This document shows positions 1-10,395 of a DNA stretch of 64,000 nucleotides, piece by piece. The notes beneath the pieces are model-generated. The model was not told the origin of the DNA and did not search any database. It worked only from the letters and a program-made list of their open reading frames with translations. Position 1 is the first letter of the stretch; every line of letters begins with the position of its first letter. The DNA comes from Candidatus Borrarchaeum weybense (GTDB lineage Archaea > Asgardarchaeota > Sifarchaeia > Borrarchaeales > Borrarchaeaceae), in NCBI GenBank assembly GCA_019057385.1, contig JAHQJS010000008.1, positions 1-64,000 of the forward strand. Direction: 5' to 3'. The translations under genes were made by a program, and so were the position numbers.

Positions 1-354
1 GAAGAGACGAAGAAGAAGCGAGATGGAGAACCAGAAGAGCGGATGACGCAAGGAGAATGGAAGAAGAAGAAACGTAGCAAGAATATCTATAATTTCCAGC
101 ATGGGTTAGGGAAACTCGAAGAAAGTCCTATCCGTCTGGATGGGATAATTCAAACAAATTCTTCCTGAAACCAAAAGGAAGGGCTCTTATCACATTTTTT
201 TCTATGGAGGATCTCAAAGAACTTCATACAGCATTAAACCAACTCATTTTTCTGTAAAATCAAAAAGGAAAAGTTTATTTTTCGAGAAAATACATGGGTT
301 CGAACTCAAAATTTACGAACTAAAAGAGCGTAAATATTTTTCCTTTGAATTATA

Positions 355-1419
355 ATGCCTCGTGATTTTATGAGACACATTCTAAGAGTTGCATTATTGA
401 TAGCTATTGGTCTAGGTCTCGTCTATCTACTTGTTTATATGGTTGGAGGGCGCGAAGTCCTCGTTCTACTTGTTAATACAAATTTAATATACGTAATCTT
501 TGCATTGTGTCTTTATATTCTAAGTCTTCTTATAAAATCTCTTATATGGCAAATTCTTCAAAAAGCAAAATATCCTAATCTCTCATTAATATCAACTTTC
601 CCTGTATGGGCGTTTGGATACGCATTGAGCACTGCATTGCCAGGAAAGACTGGAGACATTGTGAGATTAGAAGTACATCGAAAATACCAAGATCTCTCAA
701 TAGGTGATTCTGCTAGCATTGTCCTCTTTACGAGAATCTATGATATGTTATTTATAATCACATTTAGTGCTCTTGGAGTCATTATAGTGCTGCAACAATA
801 TTTTCTATCGCTTAGTTCGATTTATTTTACATTATTCATCTTTATTTTATTCTGCTTTGTCATAATTTTTGCGATTCTTGTTGCATTTAAAAGATCTGTC
901 GGCGAGTTACTTCTGAAAATGCTCCAATCACTCTTAAGGAAAATGCCATCACGTATGAAGCGCCTTGCTGAACGAATTAATAATTCCGCAATCAATGAAC
1001 TTGATAATTTCTATGAAAGTGTTGAATTGTATAAAACACTCAAATACCCCCTGATTGCTGTTCCAATGCTAACTGCTTTACGCTGGTTTATTGAATTATT
1101 CGCAACGGTTCTAGTATTCCGCAGTATAGGGGTAAGTGTTTCTATATGGACAATTACATTAGCTATCTCTGTCAGCATTCTAGTGGGAATAGCAACAGCG
1201 ATGCCAGCATCGATTGGTACGGGAACGCTTGCTGGTTTTGCGATATACCGTTTACTTGGTATTTCTGATGATATTGCAGTTGCCGCAACATTGATTGGCT
1301 TGTTTCTTGGGCCTGGCATTACCATCATTTTTGGAATCGTTAGTCTTGTCATTCTTGAGTTAAGAAAATGGAATAAGCAAAGACATATCGAAAAAGAGAA
1401 TCATCCTAGATTCCCGTGA
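355..1419 (+). CDS. UPF0104 / lysylphosphatidylglycerol synthase TM-domain (flippase-like) membrane protein
   Basis: Multi-TM protein with LPGKTGD..R, RIYD and PASIG motifs typical of the family. Confidence 0.8.
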   Translation: MPRDFMRHILRVALLIAIGLGLVYLLVYMVGGREVLVLLVNTNLIYVIFALCLYILSLLIKSLIWQILQKAKYPNLSLISTFPVWAFGYALSTALPGKTGDIVRLEVHRKYQDLSIGDSASIVLFTRIYDMLFIITFSALGVIIVLQQYFLSLSSIYFTLFIFILFCFVIIFAILVAFKRSVGELLLKMLQSLLRKMPSRMKRLAERINNSAINELDNFYESVELYKTLKYPLIAVPMLTALRWFIELFATVLVFRSIGVSVSIWTITLAISVSILVGIATAMPASIGTGTLAGFAIYRLLGISDDIAVAATLIGLFLGPGITIIFGIVSLVILELRKWNKQRHIEKENHPRFP

Positions 1420-1469
1420 AATATTTAATCTTTCAATCTATTTAAAAATTGATAGTGATTAAAATAGTC

Positions 1470-1766
1470 TTAAAATTGAGACAATATATCTTTCACGTTT
1501 TCTTGACTCATTTCTAGGAAAATAGTTTTTCGAGAACTTGAATGCCCCGAAACGATGTTAATACGATCTTGTGAAACATTAAATAATTTACTTAACTCAC
1601 GTAAGAGTTCTTTATTCGCTTTTCCATGTCGAGGAGGCGATTTTATTTTTACATATATGATATTTCCTTCAACACGTGTTGGTACTTCTGTCTTTTTTGA
1701 ATTAGCTTTAACAACAATCTCTATGTAAATCCCTTGAGTTTTCGGATGATCCATTTTTACACCCAT
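1470..1766 (-). CDS. DUF167 (YggU/UPF0235) family protein
   Basis: PP..GKANKEL and I.SGHSSRKK-like motifs. Confidence 0.9.
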   Translation of the reverse strand: MGVKMDHPKTQGIYIEIVVKANSKKTEVPTRVEGNIIYVKIKSPPRHGKANKELLRELSKLFNVSQDRINIVSGHSSSRKTIFLEMSQENVKDILSQF

Positions 1767-1987
1767 TTTCTAAATAATCTTTTCAAAAATTGTTTAAAGA
1801 TTTATTTATGTTTCGCTAAACAATGGAACAGAATTTCCCAATACTATTACAGAAGAACATAAAGAAATTCACATAAACCAGAGCGCGCTCCCAAAAGAAT
1901 CAAAAACTTTAAGTAAAACGGATGAGTGGATCTCTCAAACAAAACGCTATATTTGTAAACAGGACGTTTAGGAGGCTTTATTAAACA

Positions 1988-2350
1988 ATGAGCGTGGAAG
2001 GATATGCAAATAATTTACTAAATTCCGGCGCTGTAGGTGCAGTTGCCGTAGTTGCATGGAATGGTGGAATGTGGTTCAAGACAAATAATTGGGAGCCATC
2101 TGGTCCAGACCTTGTGAACGCGTTCAGTAACAAACAATCTGTCGTGGTTCAAAATGTAAAATATGCATTAATGCAAGCTACTGAGGATAGATACGTAGCT
2201 AAGAATGTTCAAGGTAGTGGCTCACTGGTAATGGCAATGATCCCACCGAATAAAGGATTAGTCGTAGCTTGGAGCCCCCCTACAGTAGAAACTACTCTTG
2301 CGTATACCGAAACAGCAAAGACAGCAGCATCAGTTTCTAAAGTAATATAA
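1988..2350 (+). CDS. Asgard-type profilin
   Basis: 120 aa; AVAVV..NG.MW.KT.NW, SVVVQNVKY, EDR.VAKNVQGSGSLV pattern recalls Asgard profilins; GGAGG RBS upstream. Confidence 0.8.
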   Translation: MSVEGYANNLLNSGAVGAVAVVAWNGGMWFKTNNWEPSGPDLVNAFSNKQSVVVQNVKYALMQATEDRYVAKNVQGSGSLVMAMIPPNKGLVVAWSPPTVETTLAYTETAKTAASVSKVI

Positions 2351-2417
2351 TTACCTTAAAACTAAAATACGATGTAAATCAGCACCTACAATCGTTTTTT
2401 ATTCTTAGATCTCGATC

Positions 2418-3182
2418 CTAAGAATATTGTAGAGTTGGGCGAAGTTTTATTTTATGCAGCATATATTTTATTAAAACCTTCAGAATTCGCATTCCATATC
2501 GCGTTGGGCTAAGATACGAGATCTCTTGTCCATAGTACGTAGGTATAGGCACTTCCTTAATTTTAAGTCCTTTTTCTCTACATTGAATTAAACTTTCGCT
2601 ATCATACACGTATTTTTCGGAGTTTAGATGGAAACGAGTCTGTTTTAACGCTTTACGAGAAAACGCCCGATATCCAGTATGGTATTCGGATACCGGTGGT
2701 TTCATTCCAACAATTAGATTTTCGAGTCGAGTGAGCAAACGGTTCCCAAAATATTTGAAAAGAGGCATACCTCCGTGAATCATCTGCCCTCCAAGTGCCC
2801 GTGAACCTAAAACAACGTCTGCCTTCTCTTGCAGGAACGGTTGAAGTATGTTAGGTAATTCTTCTGGTGGATATTGGCCATCTGCATGGACAAGAACGGC
2901 GATATCTCCTCCTCGTTTTAACGTTTCTGAATAAAGCGTTTTTTGGGAGCCTCCGTAACCTCTATTTGGCGAATGCTGCAATATTACAACCTGTTTTCCA
3001 CGTCTTTTCGTATATTCCTCCCCTAACTTCTTTGCAACGTTGTATGTATCATCTAGACTTCCATCATCAACAACAATTATTTCATCGAAGTATTCATCAA
3101 CCTTTTCAAGACGTTTAAATACTGATGGCAGTGTATCTGCTGCTTTGTAAGCTGGAATCGTTATAATGACTTTTTTTTGCAT
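2418..3182 (-). CDS. GT2 glycosyltransferase (dolichol-phosphate sugar synthase-like)
   Basis: IPAY, VVDDGS.D, NRGYG, HADGQ, VLGSR motifs. Confidence 0.9.
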   Translation of the reverse strand: MQKKVIITIPAYKAADTLPSVFKRLEKVDEYFDEIIVVDDGSLDDTYNVAKKLGEEYTKRRGKQVVILQHSPNRGYGGSQKTLYSETLKRGGDIAVLVHADGQYPPEELPNILQPFLQEKADVVLGSRALGGQMIHGGMPLFKYFGNRLLTRLENLIVGMKPPVSEYHTGYRAFSRKALKQTRFHLNSEKYVYDSESLIQCREKGLKIKEVPIPTYYGQEISYLSPTRYGMRILKVLIKYMLHKIKLRPTLQYS

Positions 3183-3201
3183 ATCATCACTTTTTAAAAG
3201 A

Positions 3202-4143
3202 TTATTCTTTGAAAAATGGTTCCCTTAAGGCGATCGCCTGCAGTAACAGTTGATATATTTCTTCATCAGAAACATTTCTTCGAATGGGTGTAATAATATC
3301 TATTAGATTATCTTCTCTCATTAGACACGGTTTCAAATGACCATCACTAGTGACACGCAATCGCTTACAATTCGCACAAAAGGCACTATTATGCATTGGA
3401 CGGACTATTTCGATAACAGTTCCATCATTTAGATGGTATCTTTTTCGTTGTTGCATTTGTCTGACCTCTATGTGCTTCGCAATTCCTTCGAGGACTTCTT
3501 CGATGGGACTTGGATCCACATGATACCTATTGAAGAAAGTATCATTGTTTTCATCGAAAGTCATTAATTCTATAAGCTGGAGTATGACTCCTGTTTTCTT
3601 TGCGAATTCGATAAATTCACGAATTCTTGTGTCGTTAATACCTTTTAAGAGAACTGTATTTATTTTAATTGGATTTAAGCCAGAATTTTGGGCATGAGTA
3701 ATGCCATCCAGTACTTTGGTTAACATATTTTTTCGAGTTACATCAAAATATGTTTGTGAGTCTAGTGTATCTAAACTAATATTAATTCGTTTTAGACCTT
3801 CATATTTTAGTCTATCACATGTGTCTTGATCAAGAAGCACTCCATTGGTAACCAGAGAGACTTCGTTAATTCCTTTTAACTTAGAAAGTTTTGATATTAT
3901 CTCAAAGACATCATGTCTTAAGAGTGGCTCACCGCCAGTTATTTTAACACGTTTTATACCTACACGTCGGCTCACTGAAACTAGCCTTTGAATTTCTTCT
4001 GCAGTCATTTCAGCTCTTTTTACTGAGTTAGACCTTTCATGATATCCTTCATGATGGCAATATATGCAATTTAAATTGCAGTGTTGTGTAATAGAGACCC
4101 TAATATCTACTATTGTTCTGCCATATCTATCACATATCTCCAT
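3202..4143 (-). CDS. moaA: GTP 3',8-cyclase (molybdopterin biosynthesis)
   Basis: Radical SAM CNLNCIYC, TGGEPLL, C-terminal FCANCKRLRVTSDGHLKPCL. Confidence 0.95.
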   Translation of the reverse strand: MEICDRYGRTIVDIRVSITQHCNLNCIYCHHEGYHERSNSVKRAEMTAEEIQRLVSVSRRVGIKRVKITGGEPLLRHDVFEIISKLSKLKGINEVSLVTNGVLLDQDTCDRLKYEGLKRINISLDTLDSQTYFDVTRKNMLTKVLDGITHAQNSGLNPIKINTVLLKGINDTRIREFIEFAKKTGVILQLIELMTFDENNDTFFNRYHVDPSPIEEVLEGIAKHIEVRQMQQRKRYHLNDGTVIEIVRPMHNSAFCANCKRLRVTSDGHLKPCLMREDNLIDIITPIRRNVSDEEIYQLLLQAIALREPFFKE

Positions 4144-4375
4144 GCAGTTCCTCCCTTCGATGGGATTACAGATAAATGACTTCGCCTGATTTTTAAAAGA
4201 TTATCAAATGCTACTATGGACTTTTTTTCGTGTAACGTTTCAATTTTTTAGGACTTTTCCATCCTGATGATTATCGTTTCATCCAAAAAAAACTCATAAA
4301 TACTTTTCCCTTTACTTATCTCACAAAGATAATTATTTGAGATAAATTACGTTAAGATCATCTGGATGAAGAAAA

Positions 4376-4846
4376 ATGGATAGCTGGTTTAATTTTCAAG
4401 ATTATCTAAAGATTTCCTATCAAGATTTAAAACAGATTCTCACAGACAAAGCGCTTTCAAAATTCGGAGATTCATTGGTCAATTTTACATATTCAATAGC
4501 AAAATCAATGGTTCTAAGAATGCCAACTGGTGAAAAAGTACCAGATAAAACATTGGGCAGTGCATTGCGTGCAACGACATTAAGAAAACAAGTGCCTTCA
4601 CATGCTAAGATGGGTACATTAGGAGATGTAGTAGAGGCTTTTATTGCTTTTATGTGGATTACAGAAAGATTATCACTTCAGCAAATAGTTGAAATACTTG
4701 TTGACAATCTCAGGCATAGAGATCTTTCAGATCGCAAGAAAGAAAGCAGAGCTGCGCGTGATGCTTATCTTTCTCTTCTTAACATTTCACTAAAAATACT
4801 GAAAGAGTTGCCAATCCAAATGACTAAAGATATAACTGAAAAATAA
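4376..4846 (-). other. No separate feature; opposite strand of the RNase III-like CDS listed next
   Basis: No ORF on this strand in the track; see the + strand entry. Confidence 0.05.
4376..4846 (+). CDS. Archaeal stand-alone RNase III-domain protein
   Basis: LSKFGDSLVNF signature and GDVVEA second acidic motif; no dsRBD. Confidence 0.8.
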   Translation: MDSWFNFQDYLKISYQDLKQILTDKALSKFGDSLVNFTYSIAKSMVLRMPTGEKVPDKTLGSALRATTLRKQVPSHAKMGTLGDVVEAFIAFMWITERLSLQQIVEILVDNLRHRDLSDRKKESRAARDAYLSLLNISLKILKELPIQMTKDITEK

Positions 4847-4990
4847 ACGAAGACTGAATTCTTTGTATGTTCACAGAAACTGTACTATTATAATAGTTAG
4901 AAACTGAAGATGTGTAATTGAATTATGATTTAATTGAAAAACTTAAGAAAATAATGAACAACTAGCTATTGCTGATTAAGGAGGGGTTAA

Positions 4991-5314
4991 ATGAGCGATG
5001 TAATAAAAAGACAAGCCCCCGCTCGTATACGACGTATTAATGAACTTAATGATACTGATTATAGAGTTCGAGTCATTGGAACAGTTGTAAGCGTATCATC
5101 AGATGAACAGATCCTTGATGACGGGACTGGCACTATAAATGTAAGAACAGATCAAAAATTAGAAATGGGTGCATTGAACCGAGCAATTGGACGTATCTTT
5201 CGTAAAGATGATGGTACTTTCGAATTAAATGCTGAAATAATTCAAGATATGAAAGGATTAGACATTGAACTCTTTAATAAAGTTAGAGAATTACAAAAGA
5301 AGCATTCAGTTTAA
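4991..5314 (+). CDS. Small OB-fold RPA subunit (RPA3/RPA14-like)
   Basis: RVRVIGTVV, LDDGTG, C-terminal helix LDIELFNKV. Confidence 0.75.
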   Translation: MSDVIKRQAPARIRRINELNDTDYRVRVIGTVVSVSSDEQILDDGTGTINVRTDQKLEMGALNRAIGRIFRKDDGTFELNAEIIQDMKGLDIELFNKVRELQKKHSV

Positions 5315-5317
5315 GCT

Positions 5318-5812
5318 TCAGAGTTCTTTGAGTTGTTGGCTTATTTTTTGATGAAGAATCAATTCCAATAAAGTACGGTATTCTGGGTCAAGACCAATTA
5401 CACCATAAGTTTCCACATTAAGAATTTCTGCTATTTCCTCAGGTTTAAGTGCTTCTGGTAAATCTTGCTTATTGGCAATGCATATTAGCCTTTGACAGCA
5501 CTTTTTTGTCTTCTCAACTATTTTTTTCGTTAAAAGAACATTATTGCGAGTAGAATCTACTACTACAAAAATCAATTTCGTTCCTTTAAGAAACATCTCC
5601 CATAGAAATGCAAACTGTTCTTGACCTGCTAAATCCCATAAAGAGAACTCGTGATGGCCAAGTTGGATATTTCCAAAATCCAGCCCTATTGTTGGTTGAT
5701 ATTCCTTTGGTAGGTTTTCTCCAGTAAGTAGAGACAGCAAAGTAGTCTTCCCGACACGTGGGGCACCAATAAAAGCCACTTTATTAACTGAAACTGCCTT
5801 ATTAATAAGCAT
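5318..5812 (-). CDS. Arf-like small GTPase
   Basis: G1 GAPRVGKT, G2 PTIG, G3 WDLAGQ, G4 NKQD. Confidence 0.9.
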   Translation of the reverse strand: MLINKAVSVNKVAFIGAPRVGKTTLLSLLTGENLPKEYQPTIGLDFGNIQLGHHEFSLWDLAGQEQFAFLWEMFLKGTKLIFVVVDSTRNNVLLTKKIVEKTKKCCQRLICIANKQDLPEALKPEEIAEILNVETYGVIGLDPEYRTLLELILHQKISQQLKEL

Positions 5813-6001
5813 TTTATCAAGTCCAAAGGATTGTAAACTAACTCATACCGTAAATCGATTTAAAAATTTGTATCATCCGACACAATCCAGTATATCAAAT
5901 TTTCTAAATAATATCGGCTGAATATAACAAAATAAAAAATGTATTAAAAAAACAAAATAAACTGGTCCTTTAATCTTAGAATTGCTCTAGTATAAAAAAT
6001 T

Positions 6002-6343
6002 TTAATCATACTCGCGCCAAGTATAGCTACATTCTTTACATCTAAAAAAACGAGTTTCTCCTTCATCTGCTCTTCTAGTTTGTAAGAACCAATACTCTGC
6101 AAGTACAAATTTTTTACATTTAGGACATTCCATTTTAGTGGTTGGCAAAAGAGACCTTTCTTCTTCAGAAACAATTATAGTTTCGTCTCTTGGAGAATGA
6201 TTTATTTTCTGAACCATTTTATACGTTTTTGCACTGTTTTCTTGAAGAGAGTAATCGATTCCACATACTTCGCATTTAAAAATAGTTTTATTTCCTTCTC
6301 TAGCAGGAAAAAGCAAAGCTCCACATTTTTCGCAAAATTGCAC
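6002..6343 (-). CDS. tfs: Transcription factor S (TFS/RpoM family)
   Basis: Two Zn ribbons and QTRRADEGET acidic hairpin; start moved to GTG 6343, which follows a GGTGAT RBS. Confidence 0.92.
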   Translation of the reverse strand: MQFCEKCGALLFPAREGNKTIFKCEVCGIDYSLQENSAKTYKMVQKINHSPRDETIIVSEEERSLLPTTKMECPKCKKFVLAEYWFLQTRRADEGETRFFRCKECSYTWREYD

Positions 6344-6470
6344 ACGATCACCTAGTAACATTGACGAATATTCACGGACACTCATTTATCGCGTCTTTCG
6401 TGATGTATCTCGTTGTTTCAATTCACATGTTGTTATATAAACCTTTCGTTAGGTGGTAGATTTATACCTT

Positions 6471-6507
6471 AAACTACCCTAACTCCCTTTAGCGTGAGGT
6501 AGCTCAC
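6471..6507 (+). mobile_element. Degenerate IS200/IS605 right-end remnant
   Basis: CTTTAGCGTGAGGTAGCTCAC matches the ends at 15146-15165 and 29494-29513. Confidence 0.7.
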
Positions 6508-8132
6508 TAGACAGTGTAGGATGTGATCAAGTAGATCACAACCTTATACTCACTTACAGTATCTAGATAAACCACTTTTAGATTAGATGGAGCGCTATTC
6601 TCGTCCAACAACCCAAATTGCTCAGGCAAGTCCGCTCGTGTCTCAGCAATAGCTCTTTCATCTATTATAATATACTGTGCCTCATATTCCCTAGCAACGC
6701 GTATTATCGTTGAAAAATCACCAAAAGGTAATCTTACTGAACATCGCTCTGCATAATAAGGAATTATATCTTTTCTGCTCATTAAAATGGCGTTAGGATC
6801 AGTATTTTCTTTCAACCAGATTCCTGCGTTGTATAACTCCAAGGAATCATTTTTTCCCTCAAAACGAACTATATTGCTGGTCGTTATGACTAATGCCTCA
6901 ATTATTACAATGAGGGTCACAATTATTATGATATATCGTTTGAGCTTGAATTTCCTAATTTCTAAATCTAAAATATTCTTTGGAATAAGATCTTGCAATT
7001 TTAATATTCCTCTCGCACAAAAAATGAATATGAACGGATAGATTGCCAGATTATATCTACTAACCGCACCGATTCTTCCTGCATAAACTGCAATTCCATA
7101 GAAAGCAAAGTTAGTAAAAATTAGAAGGAAGAGTACCAATCTTTGTTGCAACTTGTTTGTTGAAACAAGCCCTCCAACGCATCCCAAAACGAATAAAAGA
7201 GGAGTAAGATATTCTGGGAATACTTTATATTGGAGATAAATCCCGATTGTCCATTTTGAAATAACACTTAAAGGATTTGCCAAGAATATTTGAATTGGGC
7301 TTGGAGGTGCTGTTAGACCATAAAAATTTGCTTCATAGTTACCTCCAAGCATATAATTTGCTAAAGCAACACTTTTTTCTGAGAAAAAGAGAGATCCTGT
7401 TAATAGCACATTACGAATTAGCCAAGGAGATATTATGATAAAGAAGCTAGCAATGAATATAAAAAGACTATACACGCCCTTTTTCATTTTACCTAGATAG
7501 AGCAAATTGAATAGCAGAACTGGCAAAAAAATAATTGCAGAGAATCTAGTTAAGTAGGCCAAACCAAAGAAAACTCCACTTAAAATTCCGTATTTTAAAT
7601 CATTTGTCTTTGCGTTTTTAATGTTCCAGTATACACAGACTGCTAAAAAAAATGCCAAAGGGATATCTGAAAAAACCTGAATTGAAAACCACACCATGCT
7701 TCGGGAAATAGACACTAGAAGGGCACTTAAGAAACCAATTTGTTCATTAAAAAGTTCTTTTCCAAGAAAATAAATCGGGAAGACCAATAGACTACCAAAT
7801 ATCACCGAGACTAACTTTGCCGAAAAATCGCTTACACCAAATATAAGATAAAAGAAATAAATTGTGTAAGGCATTAATGGAGGCCAATAGAAATCAGGAC
7901 TCCCAAATGAACTTGAAAGATATAGAAAATTTATAAACGTAACGGTGTATCCTTCTCCGTAATATAGGTTTTTTGCAAGTTGAGCATAATTCATTTCGTC
8001 TCCTTCAAAAACAATATTAAAGAATTGAAGGACAAATCGTATGCAAAATGCTATGATAAACAAAATTAGCAATCTTACTTTATCATCAGAAAAATCAATG
8101 CGCCGTTGTATTATAGAAAATACACCGCTCAT
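6507..8132 (-). CDS. GT-C (PMT/ArnT family 39-like) membrane glycosyltransferase
   Basis: GDEMNY first-loop motif, WPPL, many TM helices, LAYLTR, C-terminal W.KENT domain. Confidence 0.85.
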   Translation of the reverse strand: MSGVFSIIQRRIDFSDDKVRLLILFIIAFCIRFVLQFFNIVFEGDEMNYAQLAKNLYYGEGYTVTFINFLYLSSSFGSPDFYWPPLMPYTIYFFYLIFGVSDFSAKLVSVIFGSLLVFPIYFLGKELFNEQIGFLSALLVSISRSMVWFSIQVFSDIPLAFFLAVCVYWNIKNAKTNDLKYGILSGVFFGLAYLTRFSAIIFLPVLLFNLLYLGKMKKGVYSLFIFIASFFIIISPWLIRNVLLTGSLFFSEKSVALANYMLGGNYEANFYGLTAPPSPIQIFLANPLSVISKWTIGIYLQYKVFPEYLTPLLFVLGCVGGLVSTNKLQQRLVLFLLIFTNFAFYGIAVYAGRIGAVSRYNLAIYPFIFIFCARGILKLQDLIPKNILDLEIRKFKLKRYIIIIVTLIVIIEALVITTSNIVRFEGKNDSLELYNAGIWLKENTDPNAILMSRKDIIPYYAERCSVRLPFGDFSTIIRVAREYEAQYIIIDERAIAETRADLPEQFGLLDENSAPSNLKVVYLDTVSEYKVVIYLITSYTV

Positions 8133-8232
8133 AACGCACGATCTCTTTGAATTTGTTTTTATGTTTTTTCTGTTAAGACATGAATTTTGTTCTTAAATGA
8201 AGTCTTCTGTGAGTTCTTGACCTTACAATTAT

Positions 8233-9759
8233 TTATAAAACAGTGTAATCATTGATATAATTCCACGTTTTATGATAATCCTCAATCTTTCCCTGAGAGG
8301 AAAGATCAGCCTTAAGGTCATCGGGCTGTGTGCTCGTCACCGAGTTCAAAACATACTTCATCACTACTGTTTTTCGCAGTATCTCGGCAGTCTTGAAGGA
8401 GGTTATCCCACTGTGCTTGAACAGGTCATGGATTTGTGACCATCTACGGTAAGGACTGCCCTGTTTCACACGGGGCTCTATAAACTCCCCGACATGTGAG
8501 AGCACCCAATCATAAATGGTTGGAAATGTTTCCTTGAAACCCAAGCCTCTTCGAGCTATTACATAACTTGCTAAGTGATGTGTTGACAAATTATGTAATC
8601 GTGAATACTTATATTTCCCAATGAGGGATGTGTATTCGGGAAATACCTTTCGAAAGGACACACCGCGCTTTTTACATTTTCGCTCCAATAATTGCAGGGC
8701 GGTGGTCTTCATATTGCTCAATTTTCGGTTGCGTTTTGTGTTGTAGGAAAACTCTTGCTCGAATTGTAAATCCTCGACCACAATGCCTTTGCCTTTATTG
8801 ATACAATAATTGACGACTTTATCCATTTTATAGGAGATATAATCTTGACGTTTATCTGTTCCATAGGTGTGAAGGTTGCCAAATGAGATGCTATGATAAG
8901 AGAGTAGTTCACCGTTCCGATCTACATTGGTTAACGCCACAAAATTATAGTTGAAATCTAAGCCGATGGCACCATGTTGGTAGCTGTAACTTGGTACAGG
9001 TTCTGGGATCTCATAGGACACATGGGCAAAATAGCGCAGCTTCCCCTTGAAGAAACTCCTTTTTACGGTTACCGTGTATTTATCAGCATTAATGACTTCC
9101 TGAAACCATTTCTCCTGCACAGAATTTACGGACATGGGAATGATCAGCCATTTGCGTCCTTTTTGCTTGGAAAAGGTTCGTAACTTGACCGTTTTATCAT
9201 TCAATAGTTTGATGTTCAGGTTTTTCACTCCGTGTTGTTTCTTTCCGATACAACTAAAGGAAGAATCCCGTCGTATCCTGAACTCCTCTCTACTTATTTT
9301 GCCAAGGATTCGGTCTCTAAATAATTTCTTAGTGCCGAACACAACAGGTTCAAGCTGTAAATGGTGTAATTTCGCCATTATCGAGGATCTACGGGCGTAT
9401 AAACCCTTTAACCGCCTGTCATGCGCATCTTGTTCCTTTATGGTGTTGATTTTTTTTGTAATGGTTTGTAGTTGTTTGGTCAGGTATTTCCGTCGTTTTT
9501 CCAGCCATGTCTTTTGTGCTTCTAGTGTCTGCTTGTTATCGGTTAGGATGGTGCCAACATAGGGGTTATTGTGACACAGGCTCATCAAACAGTGTTGGAT
9601 GGTCTGTACTTCTCCAAAGCGTGCTTTCATGTAATCCTCGCCATGAAACAACACCTTATACCCAATCCGTTTCACATGATTATAGATAGTGAAGATTTCA
9701 TTTAGTTTGTATTCCTGTTTTTTGTCGGGATAGATTCCAAATTTAACCGTTTGAATCAT
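8233..9759 (-). CDS. tnpB: TnpB-related RNA-guided nuclease, zinc-finger-less, with His-type RuvC-III region
   Basis: RuvC-I AIGLDFN, RuvC-II IVVEDL, PEYTS..G..KY, HHLASYVIARRGLG; start moved to ATG 9759 (MIQTVKF); appears more GC-rich than flanks. Confidence 0.85.
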   Translation of the reverse strand: MIQTVKFGIYPDKKQEYKLNEIFTIYNHVKRIGYKVLFHGEDYMKARFGEVQTIQHCLMSLCHNNPYVGTILTDNKQTLEAQKTWLEKRRKYLTKQLQTITKKINTIKEQDAHDRRLKGLYARRSSIMAKLHHLQLEPVVFGTKKLFRDRILGKISREEFRIRRDSSFSCIGKKQHGVKNLNIKLLNDKTVKLRTFSKQKGRKWLIIPMSVNSVQEKWFQEVINADKYTVTVKRSFFKGKLRYFAHVSYEIPEPVPSYSYQHGAIGLDFNYNFVALTNVDRNGELLSYHSISFGNLHTYGTDKRQDYISYKMDKVVNYCINKGKGIVVEDLQFEQEFSYNTKRNRKLSNMKTTALQLLERKCKKRGVSFRKVFPEYTSLIGKYKYSRLHNLSTHHLASYVIARRGLGFKETFPTIYDWVLSHVGEFIEPRVKQGSPYRRWSQIHDLFKHSGITSFKTAEILRKTVVMKYVLNSVTSTQPDDLKADLSSQGKIEDYHKTWNYINDYTVL

Positions 9760-9966
9760 TGCTTTCCTTCCTTCCCTTCCCCTAAAGTCTTTTTTTGGCG
9801 TTATCAGAAAATTATTATACAATATTATATATGTAACTTCTGGTTTATATAGTTTTTGATGTTTATAAAGGCATATAAATACCAAAAGTTATTTTATGTT
9901 ATATTCATGATATTTGGGTAATATTTTTAAACAGTATAGTCTATATAATTATTCAGGGAATGGAAT

Positions 9967-10185
9967 ATGAAACGATCATTGCTGGAGATCGTAAAAATAC
10001 TTTTTGACACGCTTGATGAAAATGGATCAAATCCATTTATTCGCACTAAAGAGATCGTTGAGAAAACTGGCATAAGTCATCGCTCTTTAAAGCCGCTGGT
10101 CGAATTAATTCAGTTTATTCAAGAATAAAAAACCCTGAAATTTATCCAACAATCGCCAAGAGTAACACTCTATTTTCTTGAGTAA
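9967..10185 (+). pseudogene. Small winged-helix protein interrupted by an in-frame TAA
   Basis: Manual translation MKRSLLEIVKILFDTLDENGSNPFIRTKEIVEKTGISHRSLKPLVELIQFIQE*KTLKFIQQSPRVTLYFLE*; stop at 10126-10128. Confidence 0.55.
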
Positions 10186-10395
10186 GGGGGACATGTTTAA
10201 ACGGAAAAAGTTCACACAAAAAAGGGTCAACGTTCACTTGTGGACTCATAAAACAAAAGAGAGAAAAAGAAAGGATAGATTCAAGAACCTAACTTGTGGA
10301 TTTACAAAGCCTAGTTAATGCCGGAATCTCCTTTCGAACCGTCGTTTGAGCGCTATATAACTTCTCTTTCAACGCTGTGTGGTAAAATTCAACTC

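Noticed and set aside
3-77. 3' end of an upstream CDS (RDEEEARWRTRRADDARRMEEEET*)
   Set aside because: Frame 1 is also open to 168, so the frame cannot be decided at the window edge
295-308. GGGTTCGAACTC as a tRNA T-arm
   Set aside because: No cloverleaf or acceptor stem around it; no tRNA or rRNA genes were seen in the window
10126-10128. Recoded stop in the wHTH ORF
   Set aside because: TAA is the normal stop of many genes in this window; a nonsense mutation or read error is simpler
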